A DNA stretch of 64,000 nucleotides, from contig JBEWZL010000145.1 of the NCBI GenBank assembly GCA_045837725.1, forward strand, positions 310,001 through 374,000, read 5' to 3'. The position numbers and the translations under genes were made by a program. Of this stretch, positions 13,489-28,665 are shown piece by piece. Every line of letters starts with the position of its first letter. The stretch's first letter is position 1. The notes under the pieces were generated by a model, which was given only the letters and a program-made list of their open reading frames with translations, did not search any database and was not told the DNA's origin. Origin of the DNA: Vermamoeba vermiformis. Lineage: Eukaryota.

Positions 13489-14618
13489 ATGACTGAATAC
13501 AAGCTTGTCATCGTCGGTGGTGGAGGTGTCGGCAAATCCGCTCTCACTATTCAATTGATTCAAAACCGTAAGTTGAAACCTACCTGCTTTTTAATAGCAG
13601 TTGAACTGCGTCAGAGCAAGTAATTAACTCTATCATGTTATGAACAGACTTCGTTGATGAGTACGATCCTACCATTGAAGACAGTAAGTTTCAATTGACG
13701 CTTGAATATTTTTTGATTAGTTTAACGCCAAAAACCATCCAACAATTATGATAATTATAAATTGAATGGTGTTGCACGAAATTGAAAGAGTTTTGGACAT
13801 TAATTAAACGTTGGATTTTGTCATCCTCGATGGAATCAATAAAAAACCCACAAAATTAATTAATTGCATTAATAGGCTACAGAAAGCAAGTCAACATTGA
13901 TGAGGAAACTTGCCTCCTTGATATCCTCGATACTGCTGGTCAAGAGGAATATTCAGCCATGAGAGACCAATATGTAAGTTGCGGCAGTGATTAGTAACAC
14001 GTTAATAATAACACCATATAATATTATTATGCTATCGCCATTAATATACTATGCCAAACCAATTTCTAACTTTCCCCAAACCGACAGATGAGAACTGGTC
14101 AAGGTTTCTTGTTGGTCTACGCCATCAACTCTCGTTCATCCTTCGATGAATCCCACGACTTCCGCGCTCAAATTCTCAGGTAATTATTAATTTAGCAGTA
14201 TTTAGCGCTTTTGCCTAGTTCAGCAGTGACATTTCGTTGACACATAGTTTGACATGTGTCGTGATATTGCACAGAATTAAATTCTACTGTTGCACATTGT
14301 TGTATTAACATACCGAGGCACGCGTACTGATACCGTCTTATTTACAGAGTCAAGGACGCCGAGAAGGTCCCCATGGTGCTCGTGGGCAACAAATGCGATT
14401 TGGATGCTGAGAGACAAGTTACTACCCAAGAAGGTGAGGAGAGAGCCAAGCAATGGACTTGCCCGTTCTTCGAGACCTCTGCCAAGACCCGTGTTAACGT
14501 CGAAGAGTCTTTCTTCCAATTGGTTCGTGAGATCCGCAACCAAAGCAGCAACACTAAGGGCAGCAAGGCCGGAAAGGCTGCCGGTGGCAAGAGAAAGAAG
14601 GTTTGCAAGCTTTTGTAA
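13489..14618 (+). CDS. ras: Ras family small GTPase (RasG/RasD-like)
   Basis: [52 protein letters not shown], polybasic tail and CKLL CAAX box; 5 exons. Confidence 0.98.
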
Positions 14619-14929
14619 ATCTGCAGCTCCCTGCAATTATTAATTGTAAATCGATCTAACTGCCACACTATTTGGCGGTTGCTTCTTGTTTAGACTAGCG
14701 AATTATTTAATCTTTGTATCCTTATGGAATAAATAGTATTGTACATTAAAAATAGTACTCAGACTAGTTATTGGTGTGGGAATCGGATACCGCGGGATCT
14801 GGAAACGAACTTTCCAATCCCGGTTTTAAACTTAGACAATCCATAAGATTAACTATGAAACAAGTAATTTATTTATCTAGAAGTACTGGTACCGCACGCT
14901 TGATACAGTGTTTGGTATAACTGTAATAA

Positions 14930-14985
14930 AATCAGCGCCACATCCGCACTCGTGGTGTTTCGAATGTGCGCTTCACGGCAATTAC
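14930..14985 (-). promoter_or_regulatory. Candidate SECIS element (GUGA-type core) in the TrxR 3' UTR
   Basis: Minus strand UGCC-GUGA-AG-CGCAC-AU-UCG-AAA-CACCA-CGA-GUGCG-GA-UGU-GGCG: UGA/GA quartet, upper helix, apical AAA and lower helix, ~150 nt after the Sec codon. Confidence 0.75.
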
Positions 14986-15026
14986 AATCCACCGCACCAA
15001 ATCGCGCAGCAAAGGGAGGGCTTTAT

Positions 15027-15124
15027 GCCTGCTGTTGGCGGTCGTTGTTGTTCTCTACAAGCCTCGAGTCATTAGAGACTTCGACGGCGAGGAGCACTAA
15101 CAACGCCGCGTGTCAACAGCAGGC
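15027..15124 (-). promoter_or_regulatory. Long RNA hairpin immediately after the TrxR stop codon
   Basis: GCCUGCUGUUG pairs perfectly with CAACAGCAGGC; inner GCGG-CGUUGUU / AACAACG-A-CCGC and CCUCG / CGAGG pairings. Confidence 0.7.
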
Positions 15125-17532
<2,408 letters not shown>

Positions 17533-17650
17533 TTAAATAGGCAATATTCAATACTTCGTCACGAGCTGCAACGACTTGTTTCAGTTGTTTACTTGCATAA
17601 AATAGAGGAAACTCACTTTTTTATTCTGAAGTTACTAACGCACATACGTG

Positions 17651-20099
17651 ATGCTCGCGCGACAGATCGGCAATTGTGTTAAGCATATATCGAGGAGTAG
17701 GGCATGTGCGGTAAGCTATATTAATATGAGGCAGTGTTGTTCATGGATCTAATTTTATTAATGCACAGATCAGCCACCAAAAATTCCAAAAAAATCGAAA
17801 GACATCTTGTATTAACAATATCGGTGAGTTTATATTAGTGCAGACGAGGCAACGTCATACGGTTATTGTGGAATATTTTGCAGTAAAATAACATGCTTTG
17901 TTTCTCTTAGAGCCACTGTCGAGGCTCCAAACATGTCCCAATCGAGAGACACGAAGATTTTATACCGTGGAGAAACCGTTGGATCAAAAACTTGTGCCTT
18001 CGCCAATCATAATGACAAAGGGCAATGTCGGAGATCAGTCAAAACCAATCACAGCGCAAGAATTTGATGAAATAATGAAGAAATTGGATCTAAAAATTAC
18101 ACCAAACTCTAAAATAGGTACGTGCATGCAGTGGTAATTGATTTAGGTTTGACCGATTCGGATCTAGTTATTGGCTTATCCGGAGGAGCTGATAGCATTG
18201 CCCTGACTCTACTACTCCATGAATACTGCAAAAAACATAATATCGTGTTGCATACCGCCACTGTGGATCACAAATTGCGTACAGAAGCCAAAACAGAGGC
18301 CAAGTTAGTTAACGAATGGATGACCAAATTAGGCATTCAGCATCACGTGCTCGAGCTGAAGTGGAAGGACGCACCTCCACAGAGCCAGATCCAAGAGCTC
18401 GCTAGACAAAGGCGTTATGAACTCTTGCACAACATTTGCGTGTAAGTGTCTAGATGTCACAGTTGACACGTCGCTTGGTTTTTAACTCCGTTGACTACAG
18501 TGAGCTAGGGGCCAGTTATCTCTTCACGGCGCACCACTCCGATGATCAAGTGGAGACATTTTTGTTGAGAGTGGCGCATTATTCTAACAGCGATGGACTT
18601 GCGGGCATGTATCGTATCAAAAAGTTCATGGACATCACTGTAGTTAGACCTTTATTAAGCTTAAGCAAGGTAAGAGATCCAACCGCGTACGCGGAATTAT
18701 TAATGTTCGTTCAGGAGCGAGCGATTGCAACGTGCATGGCAAATAATCAACCCTGGGTTGAAGATCCTTCGAATGAGTCCGATAAATATCACCGCTCAAG
18801 GTAGGTATAATTGCTGCGGCACTCACAAGATGGGACACAAAATACCTTCTTAAAAATTTCCCTTGTCTTGTTCCCACATTAAATTTGACCTCGTTTGTTT
18901 ACACGTCATAAAACTGGGCCGTGAGCAACCTACTTACCGAGCAAAGCGGATTGGATTGCCCCGGCTAGTTGTTCAACCTTTGAAATCTGAATGGCATGCA
19001 AAGGGGTGTCTTCTGCATAATTGCTCGCTTCTTTTTTTTTTTGTTTACAGCGCGTCCTGATACTTCATCTTCAGAATTCGCCAAGGACTAGCTGCTTTGG
19101 CTCCTACAGTTCCTGCTGACAGATTTTTATCGATTATTGGTGATTTTAGGAAACTTCGCGACTTTTATCACAGCAAAGTGGAGGCTGTACGTACCAAATT
19201 CGTCCTTCTAGCTGCAATCAGAGCTAATAGTAGACTATAGTTCGTTTCTAAATACGTGACTGCGTGTCCTGAGTACGGCTACGTCACATTTAACAGCAAA
19301 GATTACGCGACACTTGATTTCAGCACTGCTTATCGTGTGCTGATCAGATTGACACTGCACATTGGTGGACGTGATTACGCGTCGAATTTTAAGGCATTAA
19401 GGTAAGACAGGTGACTAGTAATGCCAAGTACAACTTTTGAACGCTTTGTCAGGGGTTTACATTTGGATATTTTGGCGAAGGAGAAGACCGTGTCACAGAC
19501 ACTCGGCATCTGCTGGATTCACTCACCAGAGGTACTTTAATAATCGCGGCATAGTAATGTGCTCATAGTCTTTGCAGCAATTGCCCAAAACTACAACAGT
19601 GCGGGATGCGATGGCATTGTCAGATCAACAAAATCTGCTGGTGCCCGAGAAGAAGGCAAAGGAAGGAAAGATAATTTATATTAGCAGACAACCCTCGACA
19701 GATACTAAAGAGCCCTTGACTATAAATGGCGTCACTGATTACATGGGCTACTGGCGGATCAACATCGAATCCAAGTCTAATAATGTACGTACGATGCGGT
19801 AGATGCGTAGCAGTGACTAACAGCCTATTTGCATCTAGACAAAGGAGCTCTATGCAGTGTGCGGCCCTTTGAACGAGAAAATGAAGCAGGTTTTGACCGG
19901 CAGCAATCGCTACAAACGGATGCGAAACAAAGATCGCGTGCCATACAAAGCAATACTTGGACTACCAATTATCGTCGACCGAGACAATAATTTAGTTGCT
20001 GCCCCTCATTTCAACATTTATCTACGAAAAGATCTTCGAATCCAAATTACTCCCATGCCGAAGCACGTGTTAATCCTTGGCAACATCGAAAAGAATTAA
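17651..20099 (+). CDS. tilS: tRNA(Ile)-lysidine synthetase, probably mitochondrial
   Basis: PP-loop IGLSGGADS, TVDHKLR, ARQRRYELL, TAHHSDDQVETFLLR, VVRPLL, WVEDPSN; Arg-rich N-terminus MLARQIGNCVKHISRSR; many introns. Confidence 0.92.
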
Positions 20100-20240
20100 G
20101 ACACCAATAGGCCGAATAAAGTAAGATATTTAACGAAAGCCAGTTCCTTTTTTCGCACGAAGTTACGTAACTTTAATTTTACTAACTCTGAGAATTTGGT
20201 GAGAACAAACCGACTCTCTTTTTTTGACAGGTTATATTTG

Positions 20241-22197
20241 ATGCAGCGCAGTATTTGCCAGTTGTTAGCAGCAATGAAAAAGAGCACAACATTCTCACTA
20301 GTGGTAAGCCAAAATTTGATAAACGTCGAGCAACGGATCTAATTTATGCTGTTCAGGATATAATGCGAGAGCAAGAGGCAGAGTCCTCTCGTTCAACAGA
20401 GCATATGGAACCCTCTCAAGACAACAGTAAGTCGTAGCTCTGTTTTCGTTGCTGATCTGATCTGATCTAATCTGCAGCTTGCGAGCAAACCGCAGAAAAA
20501 ATTGTTGAGGCCTACCATAACGAGATTATGAGTAAGTTAGTCATGTATTAATAAAGTACATTATTTAAGATTTTTTAGACGATGAACAAGTGGCTCGTGA
20601 ACTGGCTACCGAATACGATGAAGATCTCGCTCTCGAATGGCAAAATAGAGAGCGAGCTGATTTGATTCACTCTCACCCGAGGAATTTCGATGCAATCGAG
20701 TCAGATTATGTGAGTTTGGATCAAAACTGCGAAGACGACGACAAATACGAAAGCGACGAATATGGGGACTATGAGAACACAACAAAAGAAATGAAGTACG
20801 TGGCACCGAAGAACCTTCGTACCGGTGAGAATGAAACAGAGTTCAAAACATATTCAACGCGCAACACTGGAGTGAAAGAGTTCAAAAAGCAGAAGAGATT
20901 TATTGCCAAGCAATACAAATCAGCTGTGAACGTATTTCAAATCAAACAAGAAGACAGCGGTACGTGCATATACATCCAGAGTGCTATTAAATTTACATAT
21001 TAATCTTGCGCAGACTACGGAAGGATCATAAGCCCCAATCTCAATAAAATCTATTGCTTCTGGGATGGGTTGACGCGCAAGGCACATGTCTTAAAGAAAG
21101 TCAAAATGCTTCGCGGCATCACTGACGGGTAAGCTCTGTCACTGCTGACTATAAGATACTAACGTATATTACCTCAGACAATTAGTCCTCGTAAAAATTA
21201 GACGATATCAGGAGAGCGTCGTAGATATCATTCACGCGTACGATTCACAAGAAGAAGCAGCGTTGTTCGAAATGGGCGAGATTGTGACACGTGATCCACT
21301 CGAGCACTTGCCCGTGGAAGTGATACGCATAGTCCTCGAGCAGATGGAAAGTCAGTATGCCATGGACATGCTGCGACAAGTACGAGCACTTTGCATAGTA
21401 TACATAATGATGATTAATAACCTTATTTCGTTAGGTAAGCAAACATTGGAACGTTATTGCAAAAGAACACAGTCCCGCCAAATATTTACCGCGCAAGATT
21501 CAGTTAGAACGGCGCATCAAAGAGATCGAGTGGGCAGAACTATCGAAGTATCATTGGCTATTATACAACGACAATATTCAGCTCAACATTGTGTCGAGTG
21601 AGCAATGCAAGTTTTTTTGGGCGTCTGGCATTTACCACTTCAAAAGAAATTGTGATTTGCAAGCCCGTGTGCTGTCCATCGCCGAGAATGTTTGGAACCA
21701 ATTCGCGCCAGAACATCAACGAACAGTGCAAAAACAGGCTAACGGTACCGAAGACAAGCTATTTACCTTCATCAAGTGTTTTTATTTGCAATACAAAGAC
21801 GAACAGATAGAGAAATTTTGCATCGTTGGTATTGTGGTCGTGGATCAAGTTACATGAACGCGAAGATCTGGCCAAGTTAGATATACCGACGTACTTTAGA
21901 GAGTTTCTCGTACAATCTGCTCGCTACTGCGTAGATACTTTCATCACTGGTTTGAAAACCACGTTAACTACCACTCCGAGTTTTCAGTTGCCGGCGATAC
22001 GTGCGCGAATTGATTTCTTAGAAGAGCGATGGAAATTGTTGCTGGAGCAGCCAGTGGTATCAATTGAAGAGGATTTTACCATTGCGAGCGAGCCGTCAAG
22101 TGACTCAGATTCGTGGCGCGAGTATTTTAGCAGCGATTCTGATGACGGAAGTCTATCCGATGATCCTGATCGAGATTATTGGAAGGCAGATATGTAA
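20241..22197 (+). CDS. Hypothetical protein with internal F-box-like motif
   Basis: Spliced ORF; DPLEHLPVEVIRIVLEQM...LRQVSKHWNVIA fits the F-box pattern; acidic C-terminus. Confidence 0.6.
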
Positions 22198-22900
22198 ATA
22201 GTAATAAAGAATATGTAGTTGAAATTTGATTGGGTTTTGACACGTAGCTCCGTCAAGAAATATTGAGCTGGATTTTGTTGTTTAGTATGTTCAAGTCAAC
22301 ACTGATGCGTCGCATGCAATATTGGTGTCAAATGAGGCAACAAACCATTACAAATAATAATGATATTTTTTGATCAAGCTGATCCTGACTGCCAGTGCAG
22401 GTTGTCGAACTCCTATTAATGATTGGTCTATTCTGTACAACGTGAAACCTTTGGTACTCATCAACTTGCATAAGAAGGTTCGTTATCTAATTTTAAAACA
22501 ATTATTTTTATAAACTAATAATAATTTTTGTTGAGTTTAATTTCCTCGTGCATTGCGCGTATTAAATATTGGTCAATATATATTACCTATATTTAATTTC
22601 TACTACACCTTTCAATCCGTAAATAGTACATCCAAATTAATTTGTCCTTACTCTACAGAACCGCTTTCTACGCTGACCTTCGGGCTTAATATTGAAGCAC
22701 AACATTCAGTAGCAAGTTAACGAAATTATTACGCGTTATGTAACGTGCATGTGGGTGCCAAGATTATGCTTTAATCTTGCTGGAGATTAAAGTGCTCCAT
22801 TTTAAGTAACGCAAACTGAAAAGTTTCAAAAGCATCAGCCTCATATAGTAACCACAAGACCTCCGTGGTGATCAGTACACGCTATTACGTGCTAGCAACA

Positions 22901-24827
22901 ATGGGTAGCTATTACAAATATTTGGCGGTTACGCTGCTCTTCGGTAAGTTAATGGTGGATGCTTGCTTAAATATTGTAAAATAGGATTAAATATTAACGT
23001 GACGTGTAATATAGGGCTCTTTCTTCAAGCCACTGCGCTTGAATTTTTGGATCCTCCCGAGTTGCGCAACATTGTATGTTCGTTTAAATTACCTTAAATT
23101 TAATTTTTTTGCTCCTTATTAATAATAATATGATTTGATAACGAGGAGCTCACCCTTATTGACGGATAAATACACCCTCGCTACAAGTCGGCTCGTGTAC
23201 TCACTTCCTTTTTTAGACATTGGCTTCGCCGCGAAACAAAATAGTAGGAGCAGCTGATTTTAAATTTGACGTTACGGGACGTGTAGTATTATTCAATGAA
23301 ACAGCAGATCTCACGGATAAGTAAGTCAAGAAAGGATTGGATCTCGGTCGAGCGTTAATTAAATTTTTTTTCTAGAATCGTTATGTATGAGGGAACATAT
23401 CCCAATATGATCGATTTTTTTGCCGCGAATAGTGGTGCCAAGGGTATAATTATGATCTCTGGAGCAACTCCGAGTAAGTGTTCACAATTTCAAATTTGGG
23501 AATTATTGAACCGTGCCACTAATCCACATTACATAATAACAGTTGATATTCCTGGCATTTCCAACTACGTCATTCAATATGGATTCTTTCCGGATTTTTC
23601 GATCCCAGCAGTTCAAGTTGCTCGCATTCGTTGGGAGGAACTCGCACGCTATGTGGACGAAGGCAAAGACGTTATAGTGAGAATACGCGATGACGGTAAT
23701 TAAGAAGAATCAATTTTGAGTCATTTGTAACGGAATTTTAACCGTCGGATCTGAGCAGATTTGAATCAATGGGAAGTCATGATGGAATCAGGCTGGATGA
23801 TATTCTTCTCAGTATTCATGTCACTATTCTCCTTTGTTTGTCTCGCATTGGCCGTGTACAAGTTCATCATGTTCTCGCGCACAAAAGGTTGCATAGGCCG
23901 AAAGGGTCAACTGAGTGTCACGCAAACAATGCTCGTGTTCGAGATGTGCGGCAATGGATGTACGTAAATTCTAATTTAATTTTTCCATTATAGCCTAATA
24001 AGGAAATAATTTAGTGCGATTTATTGCGTGTGCCGTGGACTCGATGATGTCACGCAAGTTATTGTCATTTATGGGCAGTCAATTGTTGTTCACGACGCAC
24101 TGGCCCTTTGTTATCGTCAATTTGCTCATGGTCAGCTTCTATTGGTGAGTACAATATTATTACTATTGTATGTGTATTGACGAGACTAACATCGTATGTG
24201 ACAGGCACGAACTGATGTCCAAGACTAAAGTGAAGATCAATCGTAATCTCAGCAAGTTTAACATTCCATTTTGGGTCATTTTTGCAGTATTTGTGGCCCT
24301 CGAATGGACTCAGAGCGTGTTGCGTGGCTTGGCATTGAATTTCAACTTGTTCCTTATCATCGTTGGTATTGCCTATGTGGTGATTGCATTGGCTTGTATT
24401 ATATTTTATTACATCACTGGTGTCAAGCTCCAACGAAAACTGCGCAATTCGAAAGTCGAGAAGATTAGTGGCACGAGAATGAAACGTCTCAATAAGGTAC
24501 CTTGGATCCGCCCAAAAAAAGTCATTCCTTCATTACTGACACTATTATTAGGCCTCGGCACTCATCTACGCGAGTTCCGGTGGTGTGATAGTGTGGGTGA
24601 TTGGTATCATTGTTGGTGGATTGACGAATACGTTCTGGATTCCATGGGGCTACTTTGCCGTGTGGTTCATTATTTTCTTCTCAACGACCTTCATCAGCTT
24701 GATGCACTTGTTGGCCATCCAGGAGCCGAGACCGTGTGGCCCTGGAAAGAGCTCCACGGCCATGTCAAGCACGCAGAAGTCTGGCTCAGCCCCGACCAAC
24801 ACCACCAACTCGACTTTGGTGGATTAA
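22901..24827 (+). CDS. Signal peptide + PA-like extracellular domain + seven-TM (GPCR-like) receptor
   Basis: MGSYYKYLAVTLLFGLFLQATA signal peptide; DLTDKIVMY...AANSGAKGIIMIS...IPAVQV is PA-like; seven hydrophobic helices counted; Ser/Thr-rich tail. Confidence 0.7.
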
Positions 24828-25221
24828 ACGAGATCTGCTCGTTAACCTTGTACGTATCTCCCTTGTATAAATATATTTTTGAAGTTCGTGAAATCGGCGA
24901 AGTTTTTCGGAATTCTGTGGATGACGGGTGACAGGCGGAATTGTAGGTAAAGTTGCCGATCTGCCCATTTCCCTAGCAGGAAGGTCAGGTTAGCTACATA
25001 TCTATCTTTCGTTAGGTAAAATTTCATATATAGATGTCAATGATAAGTTCTCAAGGTCGAATTCCAGCTGGTGATCCATTTCGTTTTTTCTCGTGTCGGA
25101 AATTTAGTTGTGTTTATGAATTTTAATCGGTGACGTAAATAGAGAAATGTTCGCCGCGCTATTGAATCCGGATTATTTCAATTGAACACCACAACAGACG
25201 ATATTAATCCATTTTTAAATA

Positions 25222-27011
25222 ATGACCAGCATCAAGAATACTTTTACTATTATTATACAAAAAGGAAACGGTTTACGTGCTGCAGACCTGAACGGTACGT
25301 CTTCGTGAATTAAGCTGAAGCTAAATTAATTTGTTTGTATCAAATAGGCAAGTCAGATCCGTACGTCGTAGTTGGATGGGGCAATGATCCCGTAAAACAG
25401 CGAAAGAAAACACCAGTTAAGCACGCTACCTTAGTAAGTTATTACAATAAATCAATAATCCACCCATTTAATTGTCCAGAGGGATTTATGACGTTTACAT
25501 TTTGTGTAGGATCCAATTTGGAATGCCTCCTTTGAGTTGTAAGTACTCTATAAAATCGAATTAAATATCTAATGTCATACAGTGGTGTTCAGGAGCAAAC
25601 AGGCTCATTAACATCGATTCTGGAGCTTGACGTGTGGGACAAAGATCTGATAGGCAAAGATGATTATCGTACGAGCCACAGCATATTATAAATACTTGCA
25701 TGAATTAAATTATATTACTATTTACTAGTTGGTTACGCCACAATCGACGTTGCACAACTTTTTGCAACAAAGAAATCGGTGCACGATCTAATCCTGACAC
25801 TTCGCCCGAGGACGGATACGAAGAAAAAAACAGCAGCTAAAATCAAAGGAACAATTTCAGTATCAATTTCATTTCCGCCAGCGGTATGATACGATTTCAC
25901 GCGTGTGATCCGCAATTAATTTCCTTTTATAGATGTTGGTAGACAATGAAGAGATCAAGTCTCTACAAAGAGTATCAAAATGTATTTACATAACATTACA
26001 TATGAAATGGTATTAATATTTGCTTAGTCGGCAACGATATGATTGCACAGTTGGTCGTGGATTACCACGCAATTGCTAAAGAAGGAAAAATCTCCGGCAA
26101 ATCTGCAGTGATGCAATTAGCACGTGAAGCACATGTAATTGACATGTTGGTACGACTTCTCGAACGGCAGTTCAATACTTCATAAACTAACTTCAGTCCA
26201 GATCGATTTATCAGACGGTCAACAAACAAACGCAATAGATCCGCGCTTGAAAGACAAAGTATTTTCAGATCCAGCACTTGAAGACGTATTCTACGGTCAA
26301 CTGCTTCGCATGTTTGATATCAACCACGACGGTGAAATTTCATTAGAAGAATTTGTTATGGGCCTGTCAAGTCTGTCGAGTGGTACACGCGCCGAAAAGG
26401 CTGCACGTAAGTTACAGACAGCTGTCAAAATTCCTGTGGGCACTTGCATTGACAAGCACTATATGCAGTATACTTTACCGTGAATGATCTCAACGGTGAC
26501 GGAGAGCTAGACCGCGATGAAGTGTACAAGATGCAATCAGGTGTATTCGCAGCTGTCAAAGCAGCCTTTGCAGTCGGATTGCGAGAAGGCATTCAAGAGC
26601 TCATTGCACCCAAGGGACCGTTGACGCGACCTGCATTTGAAGACTTGATGCGCACTTTATTGCCGATATTTGATCTCGAAGAGGTCATTCAATTCGCTAC
26701 TGCAGCTGTATTCGTAAGCTTGATATTAAGCATATATACTTACAATAGTCTTAATGTCGTCCTTAGGAAATGCAAGACAAGGACAAGAACGGCAAAATAT
26801 CAAAAGAAGAGTTCGCTGAATGGTACTTGGACGACGAACAGCGATTAAAAATGAAGCGTGAGTAGTGTTAATTAATTAATATACTAATATAGTGGATTTA
26901 ACGAGTTATATTATGATAGAACTGATTGAAGCCAAAGCCACGCCGATCATTCAAGCCAAAGCACGCGCCATTGAAAAGAAACTAACGGCTGCACTGGCCA
27001 AGTACTTTTAA
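25222..27011 (+). CDS. C2 domain + EF-hand (calcineurin-B/NCS-like) calcium-binding protein
   Basis: C2: GLRAADLNGKSDPYVVV...DPIWN...DVWDKDLIGKDD; EF-hands DINHDGEISLEE, DLNGDGELDRDE, DKDKNGKISKEE. Confidence 0.88.
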
Positions 27012-27188
27012 TTTAATAAGAACTCGATTCGGTTTCATCATAGTACTTTGAAGACTTTTCTCCTGTTCCGAACTTGGTAGTTTTCTTCAGCGAAAGGAAA
27101 ATTTATTTTGCCGGTGGTACAACAAATGTGCAAACAGATAATAGAAGCATCCACACGAATTACTTTAACATCGCATTAAACAACCGTT

Positions 27189-27775
27189 ATGTTTACTGGA
27201 TATGCCCCCAAAATATGCTCCGTGGCAGCACTAAAAAAGACGTATGGATTGAAAGGCGATTTACCCCAGATCGCAAAAGACTTGCTGGAAAAAACAAAAC
27301 TTGGCGTAAGTCTCGGATATTTTGCATAGTATTTGGACAACATTTTTTATGTTTTAATGGAAATTATTAGGTTTGTGAAGATTGGGAGGTGGATCCAGTA
27401 ACGGGTGAAGATCTGCCGTCAGTTACGCATGTAGCTAAATTTTGGCGAAAATATAATAATGAATCAATACCATTTTTACGACGCAAACCTCCGACCTTGG
27501 ATCGAATGTATGTATTTACAATCCAGGGTTCTCCTTTCGCTCGCGAACTGCTGTCAGACGCCTATAATATACTGGCGCCTATTGAAGGCTACGGCAACCT
27601 TAAGGAGTTAATGAGCGAATTACTGGACTATACATTGTCGCCGGAAGAAGACGCCGAGTTTCACGCTGGATTCAAAATTATTTGGAAAATTCAAGACCAA
27701 GAAAGGGCTGAACGAAAGATTGCCAAAGAGAAGGCTAAACAAGAAAGATTGAGAAAGAAGATGTCGTCCGTATAA
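27189..27775 (+). CDS. Hypothetical protein (2 exons)
   Basis: MFTGYAPK...KTKLG|gtaag..tag|VCEDWEVDPVTG... joins in phase 0 to ORF 27389-27775; no family recognised. Confidence 0.5.
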
Positions 27776-28665
27776 TGGTATCAAAATCGTTTTGACCGTG
27801 GATGTGCAAAGATTCAGTCTTTAGTGAACTGTAAAACCGAAATAAAAGATCGTACAAGTACACAGGTGTGGTTATAATTGGAATATGCAAGTAAGATTAT
27901 TTCTTCGCGTGACCAGAAGTGAAAGAGTACCGAACTGCCGTCAAAGGCTGGCTAGGCTGGGAAATTTTCCCCCCCCGAATGATGGCGAGGGGAAGGAGGG
28001 TGCCGATGATTTGAAATAATTCACCAAATTGTCAACGCTCCAATTACCCCCACCCCAGCCCCCCGCAAAACAGCACCAAGATGCAATAGTCTATTCGGGG
28101 TTTATTTTGTTCTGTTTTAGGGGGAGCTGGAGCTCAGCTGGTTTCTGTGTTCGGCGCGCTGCTGTTTGGGGTGTGGCGTTGGTGTGGGGTGAGGCTGGTG
28201 CTAGCGAGGGAGTAGGAGTGCCGATGTTTTATGGCCTAGACGGGGGCGAGCTGTTGCCTGGGGAGTGACTTGTTCTGCGTGGTTGGGGTGACGAGATAGT
28301 TGTGTTTGTATGGTCCTGAGTGTTGGTTGTTAAATTGTGTGCTGGTTTTGTTGAGGTGAGTGGTTGGACTCTCGCCGTGTTGTTTTGGTGTGTGAGATGT
28401 AGAGGTGTTGGGAGTAGTAGATGAAGGATTGTTAGAGGGTCGTTTTATTTTAATGTCCTGGTTTGAGCCAGCGGAATTAGATGCCACGTATTAAGCGGTA
28501 TTTTCTTTCTTTTTGATTTTCTCCTTACATAGTATTGATGCTCATATTACATTGTTTTCTATGAGCACATAATAATATCTATTACTGGCTTACTTTATGT
28601 TGAGTATATCATACAATGCATTGGCTATTAACACTATTCACAACTTGACTGCAAGGCAATTCACC

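Noticed and set aside
14277..14668. Overlapping minus-strand ORFs over ras
   Set aside because: Antisense shadows of a codon-biased exon
14716..14724. GTATCCTT resembling a U12 5' splice site (also ATATCCTT near 29781)
   Set aside because: Both lie in UTR/intergenic DNA; all introns I reconstructed are ordinary GT-AG
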